Source: an uncultured Planctomycetaceae bacterium
GTDB lineage: Bacteria; Planctomycetota; Planctomycetia; Planctomycetales; Planctomycetaceae
Assembly (NCBI GenBank): GCA_963813715.1
Contig: CAWFAK010000005.1
Location: forward strand, 928,001-992,000
DNA length: 64,000 bases
Direction of reading: 5' to 3'
Made by a program: the position numbers and the translations under genes. Positions 33,601 to 45,722 of this stretch are shown in pieces; position 1 is the stretch's first letter, and the number at the start of each line of letters is the position of its first letter. Below the pieces are notes generated by a model. It worked only from the letters and a program-made list of their open reading frames with translations, was not told the origin of the DNA and searched no databases.

Positions 33601-36600
33601 GCGGCTGTTCGGGCCGCTTGGTCGCTCGGCCGCTCAAATGCGACTCTCCTCGTTCAAACCGGACGCCTGGATGGTCGATCTGGCGGGGGCCGATCCGGAG
33701 CCAGAGGGTTGGACGCCGACCGATCGAGAGCCGGCGCCGGCCGGATGGTCGAGTTGGGACGCCTCGACTGAGGATATTCCTGCAGAGATTAGTTTGACGA
33801 TCTGGCACATGTCCAAATTCCGGACCTTGACATGGATCGTCTGTCTGGGCTGTTTGAGCGTCGGCTTGGCCCTCGCGCAACTGGCTCCGCGAATCGCCCG
33901 CCGGATCGGGTTGTTCACCCTTGCCGCGGCTGCTGCTCTCGCCGTCGCGGCGCCCTTTCCGTACGCGCTGTTGGCGGGAGCCTGCGTGTCAGGAACGCTG
34001 ATCGCGCTCTTGCTGTCGCGACCGTGGACGAGAATTGCCGCGTCGCCACCGTCGAGTGAAAAGCGATCGCCGCGACCGGGGAGCACGGTGAGTTACGAAT
34101 TGAGGACGGTCAGCGTCCTGCTGGCGCTGGCGGCTCTGGGTACGATGGTCGCCTTTGCGCAAGAGGCACCGCCCGCGCCGCGCAATGCCCAGACGGCGCA
34201 GTCGTCGAGCGACGCACGCCGGCCGCCCGCGCCGGCCGACAATGAATTGCTCATCGTGGTCCCGGTTCACGCCGGGCGCGGCCTGAATGGGTCGGCGGCC
34301 CGGCTGCCGGCCGACGACGAACTCGTCTACGTCGAGCCCGCCGCCATCGACGCATTGCGCCGCCGGGCTGCGGAAACAGAACGGAACGCAGGCGTGATCT
34401 TTCTCTCGTCCGACTACACGCTCTCGCTCGACGAGCGACAGCCGGCAGCGATCGAAGCGACCTATCGCGTCGCCGTGATGCCGGGGCCCGCGCGTTCGCT
34501 GTGGCTGCGCCTAAGGGATGTGACGTTGGCCGGAGCCAACGCGTGCCGCGTCAACGGCCGGCCGGTGCCCATTCGTCAAGACGCAGCGGGCTTCGTCGTC
34601 ATGCTCGAACCCGGCGTTCCATCGAGGCCATCGCTGGCATCGAGCCAAGCCGTGTCGGCACCTTCGCCGCCTTCCCCATCGGGTTCGCGCCGCGCGATCG
34701 CCGCGGAGCGACCCGTTTCGTCGGCCGACGCGGCCGAGCCTGTGTGCGCGGGCGAGGGGCCGCGGAGTTACGAAATCCAGCTCGCCTGTTTCCCGAATGG
34801 CGACGCTAAGCCCGGCCAGTTCGCATTCCGAGTTCCAGAAACGATGCGGACAAGCGTGCGCGTGGGACGCGGCGGTCCGTCGCAAACGGTGAACGTTGAG
34901 ACGGCGGAAGGTCTTTCTCGCCGCGTCCGCCCGGGCGATCCGTCAATTGATGTCGGCCAGACCGATCGCTTGCGGATTCAATCCGGGCCGGTGACGGACG
35001 GAGTTAACGTGCCGCTCTTGGCGCAGGCGGTGCAGTTCTGGCGATTAAGTCCCGGCCTGATCGAGATGGACTGCCGCGTCACCTACGACCGTGAGAACGG
35101 CGGGAGCGACAAATTCACCTGGCTCGTTCCGGCCGGCGCGACGGTACGAACCACGGGGGATGCCTATCGAGCGGCCCTCCGCACGGCGCCGCACAAGAGC
35201 AGTCCAACCACCGGCTCCAACCCGCCGCAATCCGGTCGTTCCACCGAGAGCGCGAAGGGCAACGCCGAGTCGCTCGTTCCGCTCGATTTTGACTGTTCGA
35301 CGGCGCCCGACGGACCGGTCACTCTTTCGGCAACGCTGCTGTTGCCGATGGATCCACGCAACAGCGCGAGTGGCGCGCCTGCCTTCCCGGTGTGCTTGCC
35401 ACGCTTCGATGGCGCCGCTGCGGATCAGCCGGCGATCGCTATGACCACGAACCAGGTCGGCATCTCGGCGGCGGCCGGTTATCGGGTCACCGCGGCCACG
35501 ACTGATCCCAATTTGGCGCACACGCAGAAGGCCGATTCGGCCTTTCGCCAGGAAGCGTTCGGGCGCGGAAAGAACCCGATCTAATCTTTGATTGTCAGAG
35601 CCTGCCAATGATATCGCTGCAACTGGCCGCGGTGGTCCCGACACACAAGGTGCGGCTAATGGCGCACGAGGCGCGCATTGCCCCCGACCGAATTCAGTGG
35701 CAAACGACGGCGGAAATTCGCACCGAAAATGCCCCGGCCTTCGTCCACGTGCTCCGCGTCGATCGCCGTCTCAAGATCGATTCGATCTCCGTCCGCGAAG
35801 ACGACGTGGAGCGACTCGTCCGCTTCAGTCAGAGCGGCGACGAGGTGACGCTTTTTCTTCGCGACCGAGCGGCCGCGACGCAGGACCTGGTGCTCACCGC
35901 TCATATGCCGCTCGAGCTGGGGCGACCGCTCAATCTTCCGAGCGTGACCCTGGTGCATGCCGTCGTCGCCGATGTGCGCCTGGCGATCGCACACGATCCG
36001 AAGATCGACGTCACAATGTCGGACGCCCCAGGTGTCGTCCGCTTGAACGGCGAATGGGGCACTGCGGGCCAGCGCGGCGACGCCGGAGCGGCTGATCGCG
36101 CCGAATACTCCTTGTCGGCGCAAGCAGCCATGCCCGAGATTCGGGTGACCCGGCGAGCCGAATCGGTCAAGTCCGGCGCAGGCGTTGCGAAGAACTCCAG
36201 TGCAAAGAGCCCGAAGCTCGCCGCCGCGTTGCCTGAGCAGTTGGCGAAATCGACCTCGACCGCGCCTCGGGTCACAAGCGGAGTCACGACGCTCACAGCA
36301 CCTCTGCCCAACTCGCCCGCCTCGAACTCGCCCACGTCCGGCATGCCCACGCCGAACTCAACCGGTCAGAAGCCCCGAGTCGAGGTTGTTGCGAACCTCG
36401 AGCTGCGCCGCGACGGCCCGGCGGTCGGCTCGACGCACGTGTTGTTGGAGCGTTTTCCCGAACCGTCGCTGCGGCTGTCTTGGCCGCCAAACGCTGTGCT
36501 GCGTGGGGTACTCCTCGACGGACACCCGGTTCAACCCGTAATGGGGGCCGACTGGATCTCCACTCGCGGTCCCCTCGGAACCGGCACCCCACCACGTTGC

Positions 36601-37222
36601 CGTATACTGGGAAAGCCGCGAGGCGTCGACCTTGCCGGCGATTGGCAGAATTCACGAGCAGTTGCCCGCGCCGACCGACGGCCTGACGAGCAGCGTACTG
36701 CTTTCCGTGACGGCGCCACCCGATTATCGCATCTTGGTCCCCGCGCACCTGGCACCTCTCGATCCGACCACCTTTGCGCACCTGGGCCAGGCCGTCCGGT
36801 CGTCCGATGGCAGTGCGACGGACGGCGTGGAAGCGATTCACCCGAGTCCGTCAGAGGGAGTGACCGACAACCGCGTGATCGGGCGCCTGGGAATCGGGCC
36901 AGCCGATGCTCCATTTTCGGCCTGGGTGCTCGATACCACCTGGCTCCGCCTGCCACTCGCCGCGGCGATTTTCGCACTCGTCGCAGCGACGGCGCTGCGT
37001 CCCGCGAGCGCTAAGGTCGGTAGGTGGATCTTGAACCACCCCCCGCTGACTTTGGCGCTGGTCGGTCTCGTCTGGTGGTTGTGCCTTTCGCCGCGTGCTG
37101 TTGGTCCGCTCGTCCTGGTTGCCGCTCTGGGTTGGCTGATCATCCAGTTGCGCCGCAAGTCGACGTATGCGGCGCCGCAGCCCAGCACGCTGCATCTCCC
37201 GTCCGGTTCGGGCGTCCGCTGA
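30615..37222 (+). CDS. Very large multi-pass modular membrane protein of unknown function (~2,200 aa; several frameshifts)
   Basis: Start MTGDGHDGKRR...AIVLASALALSLMA; continues through ORFs 30739..32592, 32381..35584, 35608..37014 and 36632..37222; TM clusters near 33820-34030 and 36950-37150. Confidence 0.55.
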
Positions 37223-37357
37223 TTCCTTGGAGCGAGGCGTGTTTTAGTGGGCCACTCCGCCCAGGCCGCCATCCCGCGCGCGGCCTGCAAAGCGGGCGCA
37301 ACTACCCAAATCGGGCCAGTTGCAATCGCTCCAAAAAGGCCCTAAGACTAAGGCACC

Positions 37358-38594
37358 ATGGCACGCATCAACGATCACTACCTCAAACTCCCGGCCGGCT
37401 ACCTGTTTCCTGAGATCGGTCGACGCGTCGCGAGCTTTGCGGCGGAGAATCCGCAGGCCGCGGCGAAAATCATTCGCATGGGGATCGGCGACGTCACCGA
37501 GCCGTTGCCGCCGGCCGTGATCGAGGCGATGCACAAGGCCGTTGACGAAATGGGCCGACGCGAGGCCTTTCGCGGCTACGGACCCGAGCAGGGTTACGAC
37601 TTTTTGCGAACGGCCATTGCCGAGAACGATTACCGCGCGCGGGCGTGCAGGTTTCGCCGGACGAGATCTTCGTCTCCGACGGATCGAAGTGCGACACCGG
37701 CAACATCCTCGACGTCTTCGGGCCGGAAAACGTCGTGGCCGTCACCGATCCCGTCTATCCGGTTTACGTCGACACGAACGTGATGGCCGGCCGCGGAGGA
37801 CGGCTCGACGACTCGGGTCGATTTTCGGACCTGGTCTACTTGCCGGTGACGGCTGAGAACAATTTCGTCCCCGTGCTGCCGACGCGGCACGTCGATCTGA
37901 TCTATCTTTGCTACCCGAACAATCCCACCGGCACCGTGGCCACGCGCGACACGCTGACCCGCTGGGTCGACTACGCAAAACAAAACGGCTCGATCATCCT
38001 GTTCGACGCGGCCTACGAAGCCTATATCGCCAGCCCGGGAATTCCCCATTCGATCTTCGAGATCCCCGGGCGCGGGACGTTGCGATCGAATTTCGCAGCT
38101 TCAGCAAGACGGCCGGCTTTACCGGGGCGCGCTGTGCCTTCACCGTGGTGCCGACGTCGCTGGTCGCCGACGCGGCCGATGGGTCGAAGGTCGAACTGCA
38201 TCGGCTCTGGAGTCGTCGGCACTCGACCAAGTTCAACGGCGCTTCGTACGTGGTCCAACGGGGGGCCGAAGCCTGCTATTCACCCTCGGGAAAAGAGCAA
38301 CTCCGCAAAGTAATCGACTTCTATCGCGGCAATGCCGCGCGGCTGCGAGAGGGGCTGACGGCGCTCGGCATGACAGTATTCGGCGGCGTCGATGCTCCGT
38401 ATGTCTGGCTCAAAACGCCCAACGGCCTGAAGAGTTGGGAGTTTTTTGATCGGCTGCTCGCCACCGCCCACGTCGTGGGAACGCCTGGGAGTGGCTTCGG
38501 ACCCAGCGGCGAAGGCTATTTCCGCCTGAGTGCCTTCAACTCGCGTGAAAACGTCGACGAAGCGCTCTCCCGCATGCGGCAAGTTCTGGCCTGA
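37358..38594 (+). CDS. dapL: LL-diaminopimelate aminotransferase (frameshifts ~37645 and ~38070)
   Basis: [68 protein letters not shown]. Confidence 0.93.
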
Positions 38595-38789
38595 ATAAAG
38601 CCGTCAAATCCGGCCGGCTCGGCCCCCTTCGATCGACGAATCCGGCCGGTCTTCGGCCGCCCATCCGGTACGATCGAGGCCCGACACGTCGCCCAGTCCC
38701 CGGCATTCTTGTCGTCCTGCGGCATCCGCGTATGATTGAGCGGCGACTGGCCCTGCGCTGCGAAACTGTCCAGCGGAGAATGGCGTCCG

Positions 38790-39410
38790 ATGCAAGTTGT
38801 TCTTGAACCGATCAATGGGAAAGGCCTCAAAATTCCCATTGATAAGGCGATCATCTTCATCGGCCGCCACCCCGATTGCGACATCGTGATCACTCGCAGC
38901 CGCACGATCTCGCGCAAGCATTGTGCGATCGTCCAAGTCAACGATTCACTGGTGCTGCGCGATCTGGGGAGCACCAACGGCGTGCGGGTGAACGGCAAGC
39001 GCGTGAAGAAAGAGGCCCGCTTCACCGCCGGCGACACGGTGATGTTCGGCGACATCGAATACAACGTCAGAAAGATCAAGGCGATCGAACCGGAAAAACG
39101 GGCCAACCGAGACCATCCGCAGGACGCGCGAGCCGGCGGAGCCATCCCGCTGCGTGCCGAAGTCGCCGTCCCGGCGGACGACAGCCAGGAAGTGCCCATC
39201 CCGGTCCGGGATGACGAATCGTTCGAGGGAGAAGAGTCCACCAGCGACACGCCCGATTCGATGGTCGAAATGTCGCCCGATTCGCTGCGTCGCAGCGCGC
39301 CGGCGGCCGATTCGCTCCCGCTGTCCTCGCCGCGCAAGTCGCCCAAAGGCAAAGGGCCGGCTCCTTCCGCGGCACACGACGAAGACGATTCGATTCCGCT
39401 GGCCGAGTGA
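38790..39410 (+). CDS. FHA domain protein with acidic/Ser-rich tail
   Basis: IGRHPDCDI, ISRKHC, LRDLGSTNGVRVNG. Confidence 0.88.
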   Translation: MQVVLEPINGKGLKIPIDKAIIFIGRHPDCDIVITRSRTISRKHCAIVQVNDSLVLRDLGSTNGVRVNGKRVKKEARFTAGDTVMFGDIEYNVRKIKAIEPEKRANRDHPQDARAGGAIPLRAEVAVPADDSQEVPIPVRDDESFEGEESTSDTPDSMVEMSPDSLRRSAPAADSLPLSSPRKSPKGKGPAPSAAHDEDDSIPLAE

Positions 39411-39472
39411 CGGCAACGCTTGCGTGATCACTGTTGAGTGCCCGACGACCTGTGACCTTCGAGGAGGCTCGC

Positions 39473-40850
39473 TTGGCAAACATCGAACCGGTCGATCGCT
39501 TCCTGGACCAGAACGGGGCGCGCTTCGTCGATGAGCTGAAGGAATTCCTCCGCATTCCCAGCGTGAGCGCGAATCCCGCCCACAAGCCGGACATGGAGCG
39601 GGCGGCCGAATTCGTCCGCTCCCAGCTCGAGCAGGCGGGCGCCAAGGCCCAAATCTTCAAGACGGCCGGGCATCCGATCGTCTACGGAGAGACAGAAGGT
39701 GCCGAAAACGGGCTGACGGCCCTGGTGTATGGGCACTACGACGTGCAGCCGCCGGAACCGCTCGACGAATGGATCTCGCCGCCATTCGAGCCGACCGTTC
39801 GCGACGGCTACATCTACGCCCGCGGCGCCACCGACGACAAAGGGCAAGTCTTCACGCACATCAAGGCGATCGAGGCCTGGAGCAAGACCGTCGGCCGCCC
39901 GCCCGTCAACGTGAAGTTCGTGATCGAGGGGGAAGAAGAGGTCGGCAGCGACAATCTCGATATCTTCCTGAAGGAGCAGAAGGACCTGGTGAAGTGCGGC
40001 GTGGCGGTGATCAGCGACACCAGCCAGTACGCGCCCGGCATCCCCGCAATCACTTACGGCCTCCGCGGCATTCTCGCCTGCGAGATCGTGCTCCACGGCC
40101 CCAATCGCGACTTGCACAGCGGCATTTTCGGCGGCTCGGTCGCCAACCCGTGCAACATGCTGGCCCGGCTCGTCGCCAAATTGCACGACGACAAGCAGCG
40201 CGTGCAGATTCCCGGGTTCTACGACGACGTCCTGCCCCTCACGGCCAAGGAACGCCAGGAATTCGCCAAGCTCAAGTTCGACGAAGCGGCGTATCTTGCC
40301 GACCTCGGTGTACCGGCGGTTTGCGGCGAAGAGGGCTTCACCACGATCGAGCGGCGCTGGGCCCGTCCCACGTGCGACGTCAACGGCATCTTCGGCGGCT
40401 ACAGCGGACCCGGTCCCAAGACGATCGTGCCTTCCCGTGCCACGGCCAAGATCACTTGCCGGCTGGTCCCCAATCAGCAGCCGGAGAAGTTGTTGGCGTC
40501 GATGCAGAAGTTCCTCGTCGCCAATTGTCCGCCCGGCGTGCGGCTGGAGTTCAAGCCTCAGCATGGCTGCATCGGAGTGGTCATGGACTCCGAGAGCCGT
40601 TACATGAAAGCGGCCCGCGAGGCGATCGCCGTCGGCCTTCGGCGCCCAGCCGGTGATGATCCGCGAAGGGGGCTCGATCCCCGTGGTGACGACCTTCCGG
40701 GACGTCCTGGGAGTCGATACACTCCTCCTGGGTTGGGGCCTCAATTCGGACAATCTGCACAGTCCGAACGAGCGCTTCACTCTTGCCGACTTTCACCGCG
40801 GCACCAAAGCCAGCGCCCACCTGTGGAACGAGCTGGCTCAGCAACATTGA
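39473..40850 (+). CDS. M20-family dipeptidase (frameshift ~40640)
   Basis: GAGGAGG RBS then [43 protein letters not shown]. Confidence 0.9.
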
Positions 40851-40998
40851 ACCGACGCCGCGGTGCATCAAACAGAACCTGACGACACGACGGGAGGGCG
40901 AAGCTCCCGCTGGACCGTCTGGTGACGGACCCAGCGGCGCTGCGACCGGAGCTTCCGCTCTCCGATCCGCCCGCCGCTGATTTCACGGAAGGACCGGG

Positions 40999-42280
40999 AT
41001 GCTCGATCTGCAGTTCATTTGCGAAAACCAGGCGCTCGTCGAGGAAAACTGCCGCAACCGGGCCGTCCCCGTCGATCTTCCGCGGCTGGTCGACCTGGCT
41101 CGTCAGCGGAGCCACCTGATTGTCGAGGGGGACAAGCATCGCCACGAGCAGAAAGAAATCGCGGCCCAAATCCCCAAAATGTCCGACAAGGAGAAACGGC
41201 AGACGCTCATCGATCGAGGCAAGCAGCTCAAGCAGCTCGTCGCGGAGAACGAAGCCACGCTGAAAACGCTCGAAGTGCAGCTCCGCGAGCTCGAGATGCA
41301 GGTCCCCAACCTCACGCATCCCGACGCACCCGTGGGAGCGGGCGACCAGGGCAGTCGCACCGTCCGCACCTGGGGCGAAAAACCAAGCGTTCGATTTCCA
41401 GCCCCGCGACCACGTCGAGCTGATGGAGCGGCTGGACCTCGTCGACCTGGAAGCCGGCGCCCGGGTAGCCGGCCACGGCTTCTACTTCCTCAAGAACGAG
41501 GCCGTGCTGCTGGAGCTCGGACTCGTGCAGCTGGCGCTCGAGAAGCTGCGGGCCGCCGGCTTCACGCTCTTCACCACGCCCGACCTGGCCCGGGACGAAG
41601 TGCTGCAGGGGATCGGCTTTTTGCCCCGCGGGCCCGAGGCGCAGATCTATTCGATCGAAAAAACCGATTTGAGCCTCGTCGCCACCGCGGAGATTACGCT
41701 GGGCGGCTCGCGAAAAGACGAGATCCTCGACGTCACCTCGCTCCCCCTTAAATATGCGGGGCTATCCCACTGCTTCCGCACGGAAGCCGGCGCGCACGGC
41801 AAGGCCACCCGCGGCATCTACCGCGTGCACCAGTTCACCAAGGTCGAAATGTTCGGCTTCACGCGACCGGACGTGGCTGTCTCAGACGCGTTTTTGGAGC
41901 AAGTTGTCGCGATCGAAGAGAACCTGTTTCAGACGCTGGGCATTCCCTATCGCGTGATCGACACGTGCACGGGAGACCTGGGCGGTCCCGCTTACCGCAA
42001 GTTCGATCTGGAAGCCTGGATGCCCGGACGAAACGAATTCGGCGAAGTGACGTCCGCCTCCAATTGCACCGACTACCAGGCGCGGCGGCTGGGCATCCGG
42101 TGCAAAGGGGGCGACAAGAAGGGGACGCAGTTCGTCCACACGCTCAACGGCACGGCCGTCGCAGCCACCCGCGCGATTATCGCCGTCCTCGAGAACCATC
42201 AGGAGGCGGACGGTTCGGTGATCGTCCCGGAAGCCCTCCGCAAATGGGTCGGGCAGGATCGCATCGTTCCTCGCGCCTGA
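40999..42280 (+). CDS. serS: Seryl-tRNA synthetase (frameshift ~41390)
   Basis: MLDLQFI coiled-coil arm, VPNL, ATAEI, CFRTEAG, YRVHQFTKVEM, EVTSASNCTDYQARR, HTLNGT. Confidence 0.95.
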
Positions 42281-42327
42281 GCAATCCCTCTCGCGAGTTT
42301 CTCCTTGTCGGCGGTTTGAGTTTCGGC

Positions 42328-42831
42328 ATGTCGACGTTCGCGAAACGTTTTTGGGTCAAATGGACGGCGGCGGTCGTCGTCGCGATCCTTCTGGCCGGAA
42401 CAATCGTGTGGTGGATGCGGCACTGCCCGGCCGACCTCGGCACCTTGGTCGAGATCACCTGCTCGCACCAGCCCGGCAATCTGACGGACGACTACTCCTG
42501 GGAAATGACCGTGGCGGCCGACGGAAATGGCACCCTCGTCGCCAAAGACGTCTCACGCACGATCTTCGCCGGCAAGATCATGCAAGAGTTCAAAGAGACG
42601 CTCGACACGCTGCGTCTCTGCGATCTTCCGGCGCAAGTCGGCGACCCGGTAGTCGATGGAAGTTGGGATTTGATGACGATCAAGATGACCCACTTCGAGA
42701 AGACCATCGACTTCGGCTACGTGGCCCCCGATCGCCAGCTGGATCGCGATGTCGTCGAGGCTCAAAAACTGCGGCTGCTGGTGAGGAGAGTGGCCAGAAG
42801 TGCGACTTCAATTCCCGGACCGCAGCCATGA
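42328..42831 (+). CDS. Hypothetical membrane-anchored protein
   Basis: ATG 42328; TM segment WTAAVVVAILLAGTIVWW followed by a small globular domain. Confidence 0.6.
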   Translation: MSTFAKRFWVKWTAAVVVAILLAGTIVWWMRHCPADLGTLVEITCSHQPGNLTDDYSWEMTVAADGNGTLVAKDVSRTIFAGKIMQEFKETLDTLRLCDLPAQVGDPVVDGSWDLMTIKMTHFEKTIDFGYVAPDRQLDRDVVEAQKLRLLVRRVARSATSIPGPQP

Positions 42832-42897
42832 TCGCACGGCACCTGAGAGCGTGCGGCGAGTTGCTGGAGTCGACCGCCCGGTTTGGCGTGGCCCGGG

Positions 42898-43908
42898 TTA
42901 TTTGTCCCGCAGATCCCAAGCGGTGTCCCATGCCATCGAATCGCGCTTCAGCTTGAGTTCTTGCGTCAGCCGGCGGTCGAAGTCGGGCATGTGGGCTGCG
43001 CCATAGAAGATGGCGATCCGCCGCGTCCCCTTGTCGATTTCTTTCTTGAGCACGTTCATCGCGGCCGTGTTGCGGTCCTGCACCAGGATGGTGTCGAGCG
43101 TCGCGCCGAGACCCGTCCCCATGCCGCCGAGCAGGTCCATCTGTTCTGCGAACATCTTCTTGAGGGCCAGCGGCCGGTTCGGGTCGAACATGGCCGAAAG
43201 CAGCTGCAGCTCGCTGAATTCGCCGCCGCCTTTCTTGGACGCGGCTTCCGAAACGCGGTTGGCCTGGCTGAGCAGGTCGAAGAACACCTTGATGCCGATC
43301 GACGCGCCGTTATCGCCCCGCTTGCGGATGGCGGCGGCCATTTCGTCCGGGCTCAGGTCGGCGTGCTCGAAGTTCTTGGCCGTGTAGTCGATGGCCTTGA
43401 GCTGATAGTCCAGGTCCAGCACGCTGGGCAGCGACTGCTGCAGCATGCCGATCGGATGATTGCTGCGGTGGTCGCCCAGACCCTTGAGCGATTGGCCTTC
43501 CGGCATCACCAGCTCGAAGAGCACCTTATCGTAGCCGCGGAACCGTTCGTTGAGCCGGTGATAGTAGTCCGTGTCGCCGATGTGGATCGCGCCGATCAGG
43601 TCGACCGTGACCGGCTTGCCCTCGGTCGAAACGTAGTGTCCGGTCGCCGTCTCCAGCGCGAGCGGACGATTCTTGGAATCCCGTCGCACGCGCATGAACG
43701 CCAACGGGTCGGCCGCGGACGCTTTGTCCTTGGATTTGCTCGCGGATTTGTCCGCGCCGGTTTTCGCGGTCGCCTGGGTCGGCCCGCTTGCCTTGGATTT
43801 CGAAGCGGCGGGTGGAGCGGTCGGACCGTCGGCCAGAACCACCGTCGGAACCACGCACGACGCAATCGCGATTGTGGCCCACGCCACTCGACGAAAGTTA
43901 TTGATCAC
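42898..43908 (-). CDS. Secreted hypothetical protein, TraB/GumN-like
   Basis: Signal peptide, Lys/Ala/Ser linker, VDLIGAIHIGD...VLFE, RN, IFYGAAHM motifs. Confidence 0.65.
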   Translation of the reverse strand: MINNFRRVAWATIAIASCVVPTVVLADGPTAPPAASKSKASGPTQATAKTGADKSASKSKDKASAADPLAFMRVRRDSKNRPLALETATGHYVSTEGKPVTVDLIGAIHIGDTDYYHRLNERFRGYDKVLFELVMPEGQSLKGLGDHRSNHPIGMLQQSLPSVLDLDYQLKAIDYTAKNFEHADLSPDEMAAAIRKRGDNGASIGIKVFFDLLSQANRVSEAASKKGGGEFSELQLLSAMFDPNRPLALKKMFAEQMDLLGGMGTGLGATLDTILVQDRNTAAMNVLKKEIDKGTRRIAIFYGAAHMPDFDRRLTQELKLKRDSMAWDTAWDLRDK

Positions 43909-44016
43909 GGCAAGCCTCTTTCCTCAGGGAGTACCGAAACACTACCATTCTCCGGTCGCGTCGGCCGAACGTCCAGCCACGCGTTCTCGCTTTTGTGCCG
44001 GAAACTGCCCGTGATC

Positions 44017-45507
44017 ATGCGTTCGTCGGGGCTGTTGCTGCACGTCAGCTCGCTTCCCTCGGAGTGGGGAATTGGCGATTTCGGGCCGCCCGCCACGGCC
44101 TGGATCGATCGGCTGGCCGACGCGGGACAGCGCTGGTGGCAGTTTCTGCCTTTAAGCCCGCCCGGCCGCGGAAACTCTCCGTACGAGCCCTTCTCGACAT
44201 TCGCTCTCAATGAGCTGTTTCTTAGCCCCGACTGGCTTGTGGAAGACGGATTGCTGCAAAAGTCCGAGCTGCCCGCAGCGCAGCCGTCGTCGAGCCGCGT
44301 CGATTATCCGGCCGTCATCACGCTGAAGCACGGACTGCTCGAACTGGCCCAGACGCATTTTCGCGGCGCAGCCCGGCCCGACTTGCGGCAAGCGTTTGAT
44401 CAGTTTTGCCAAGCCCAGGCCTCCTGGCTCGACGATTACGCTCTTTTCCGCGCCCTGCGGATCGCGCAGGGCGATCGGGAATTCCACGCGTGGCCCCCCG
44501 CGCTCCTGCATCACGACCCGGCCGCGTTGGCGGAGGCGCGGGGCCAACTCTCCGACCTCTTCGATCGGTTTCGGCTTGGACAGTTCTTGGCCCACCGCCA
44601 GCTGCTGCGTCTCCGTGAGCACGCCCGTTCGCGCGGAGTCGGACTGATCGGCGACGTGCCGTTCTTTGTCTCGCCCGACTCGTCGGATGTTTGGGCGCAT
44701 CCCGAATTGTTTCTGCTCGATGCGGATCGGCGGCCTCAATTTGTCGCGGGAGTGCCGCCCGATTACTTCAGCGCGGACGGACAGCTCTGGGGCGAACCCC
44801 TGTATGACTGGGATGCCTTGCGTCGCACCGGCTACCAGTGGTGGCTGGCGCGGATCGGCACTGTCCTGTCGCTCGTCGATCTCGTCCGGCTCGACCACTT
44901 TCGCGCGTTCGCGGCCGCGTGGCACATTCCGGCCGGCGCCACGACGGCCGTCCACGGCGAGTGGCGCCCCGGGCCGGAGGCCGATTTTCTGGCGGCCGCT
45001 CAAGCCCGGCTCGGCTCGCTGCCGTTGATTGCCGAGGATCTCGGCCTGATCACGCCGGACGTGATCGCGCTCCGCGATCAGTTCTCGCTGCCGGGGATGC
45101 GCGTCCTGCAGTTCGCACTCGACGGCGATCCGCAAAATCCGTTTCTGCCCGAGCATTATCCGCCCAACGTCGTCGCCTATACGGCCACGCACGACAACCA
45201 GACCACGCGCGCCTGGTACGAATCGCTCGGCGAGGAGGCGCGACGGCGGATCTGGACCTGCATCGGCCACCCGATCGAACCCGCGGACGCTGCCTGGGAG
45301 CTGATCCGCCTGATTTGGGAGTCCAAGGCGTCCCTGGCGATCACTCCCCTGCAGGATTTGCTCAACCTCGGTGCCGACGCGCGGATGAACTGGCCCGGCC
45401 GACCGCTCGACAACTGGAACTGGCGGGCGACGCCCGAACACCTGGACTCGCCGGCGTTCGAGCGGCTGCGCGCCCTCACGCGGCAGACGGGCCGAATCAT
45501 GCCGTGA
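44017..45507 (+). CDS. malQ: 4-alpha-glucanotransferase (amylomaltase, GH77)
   Basis: MRSSGLLLHVSSLP, WQFLPL, GVPPDYFS.DGQLWG, RLDHFR, AEDLG, YTATHDN; true start lies inside ORF 42883..45507. Confidence 0.95.
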   Translation: MRSSGLLLHVSSLPSEWGIGDFGPPATAWIDRLADAGQRWWQFLPLSPPGRGNSPYEPFSTFALNELFLSPDWLVEDGLLQKSELPAAQPSSSRVDYPAVITLKHGLLELAQTHFRGAARPDLRQAFDQFCQAQASWLDDYALFRALRIAQGDREFHAWPPALLHHDPAALAEARGQLSDLFDRFRLGQFLAHRQLLRLREHARSRGVGLIGDVPFFVSPDSSDVWAHPELFLLDADRRPQFVAGVPPDYFSADGQLWGEPLYDWDALRRTGYQWWLARIGTVLSLVDLVRLDHFRAFAAAWHIPAGATTAVHGEWRPGPEADFLAAAQARLGSLPLIAEDLGLITPDVIALRDQFSLPGMRVLQFALDGDPQNPFLPEHYPPNVVAYTATHDNQTTRAWYESLGEEARRRIWTCIGHPIEPADAAWELIRLIWESKASLAITPLQDLLNLGADARMNWPGRPLDNWNWRATPEHLDSPAFERLRALTRQTGRIMP

Positions 45508-45668
45508 CGAGTTTCGCCTCGAAAAAACTTTCCCGGTTGTGAAACATCGCACATACACTTGGCGCGGATCCGCTCACAATCTGGCTTCTTGAGCGTCTGC
45601 GATATTATCGGCGACCGGCATAGGGGGGATCTTTCGGCTCTGCCGCGAGGTCGGCCGGTGGCTGTATC

Positions 45669-45714
45669 AACCGGCCGGCCTGTGGCATTCCCACGGGCCG
45701 GCCGGTTCCCTTTT
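45669..45714 (+). terminator. Strong hairpin, probable terminator between malQ and the convergent peptidase gene
   Basis: AACCGGCCGGCCTGTGG-CATTC-CCACGGGCCGGCCGGTT then CCCTTTT. Confidence 0.65.
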
Positions 45715-45722
45715 GCGCCAAG

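Noticed and set aside
37358..42280. dapL, dipeptidase and serS as pseudogenes or programmed frameshifts
   Set aside because: Catalytic motifs are intact, serS is essential and indels occur window-wide, so assembly error is more parsimonious.
42883..44016. N-terminal extension making an 874-aa MalQ fusion
   Set aside because: It is the antisense of the real minus-strand gene 42898..43908; MalQ homology starts at 44017.
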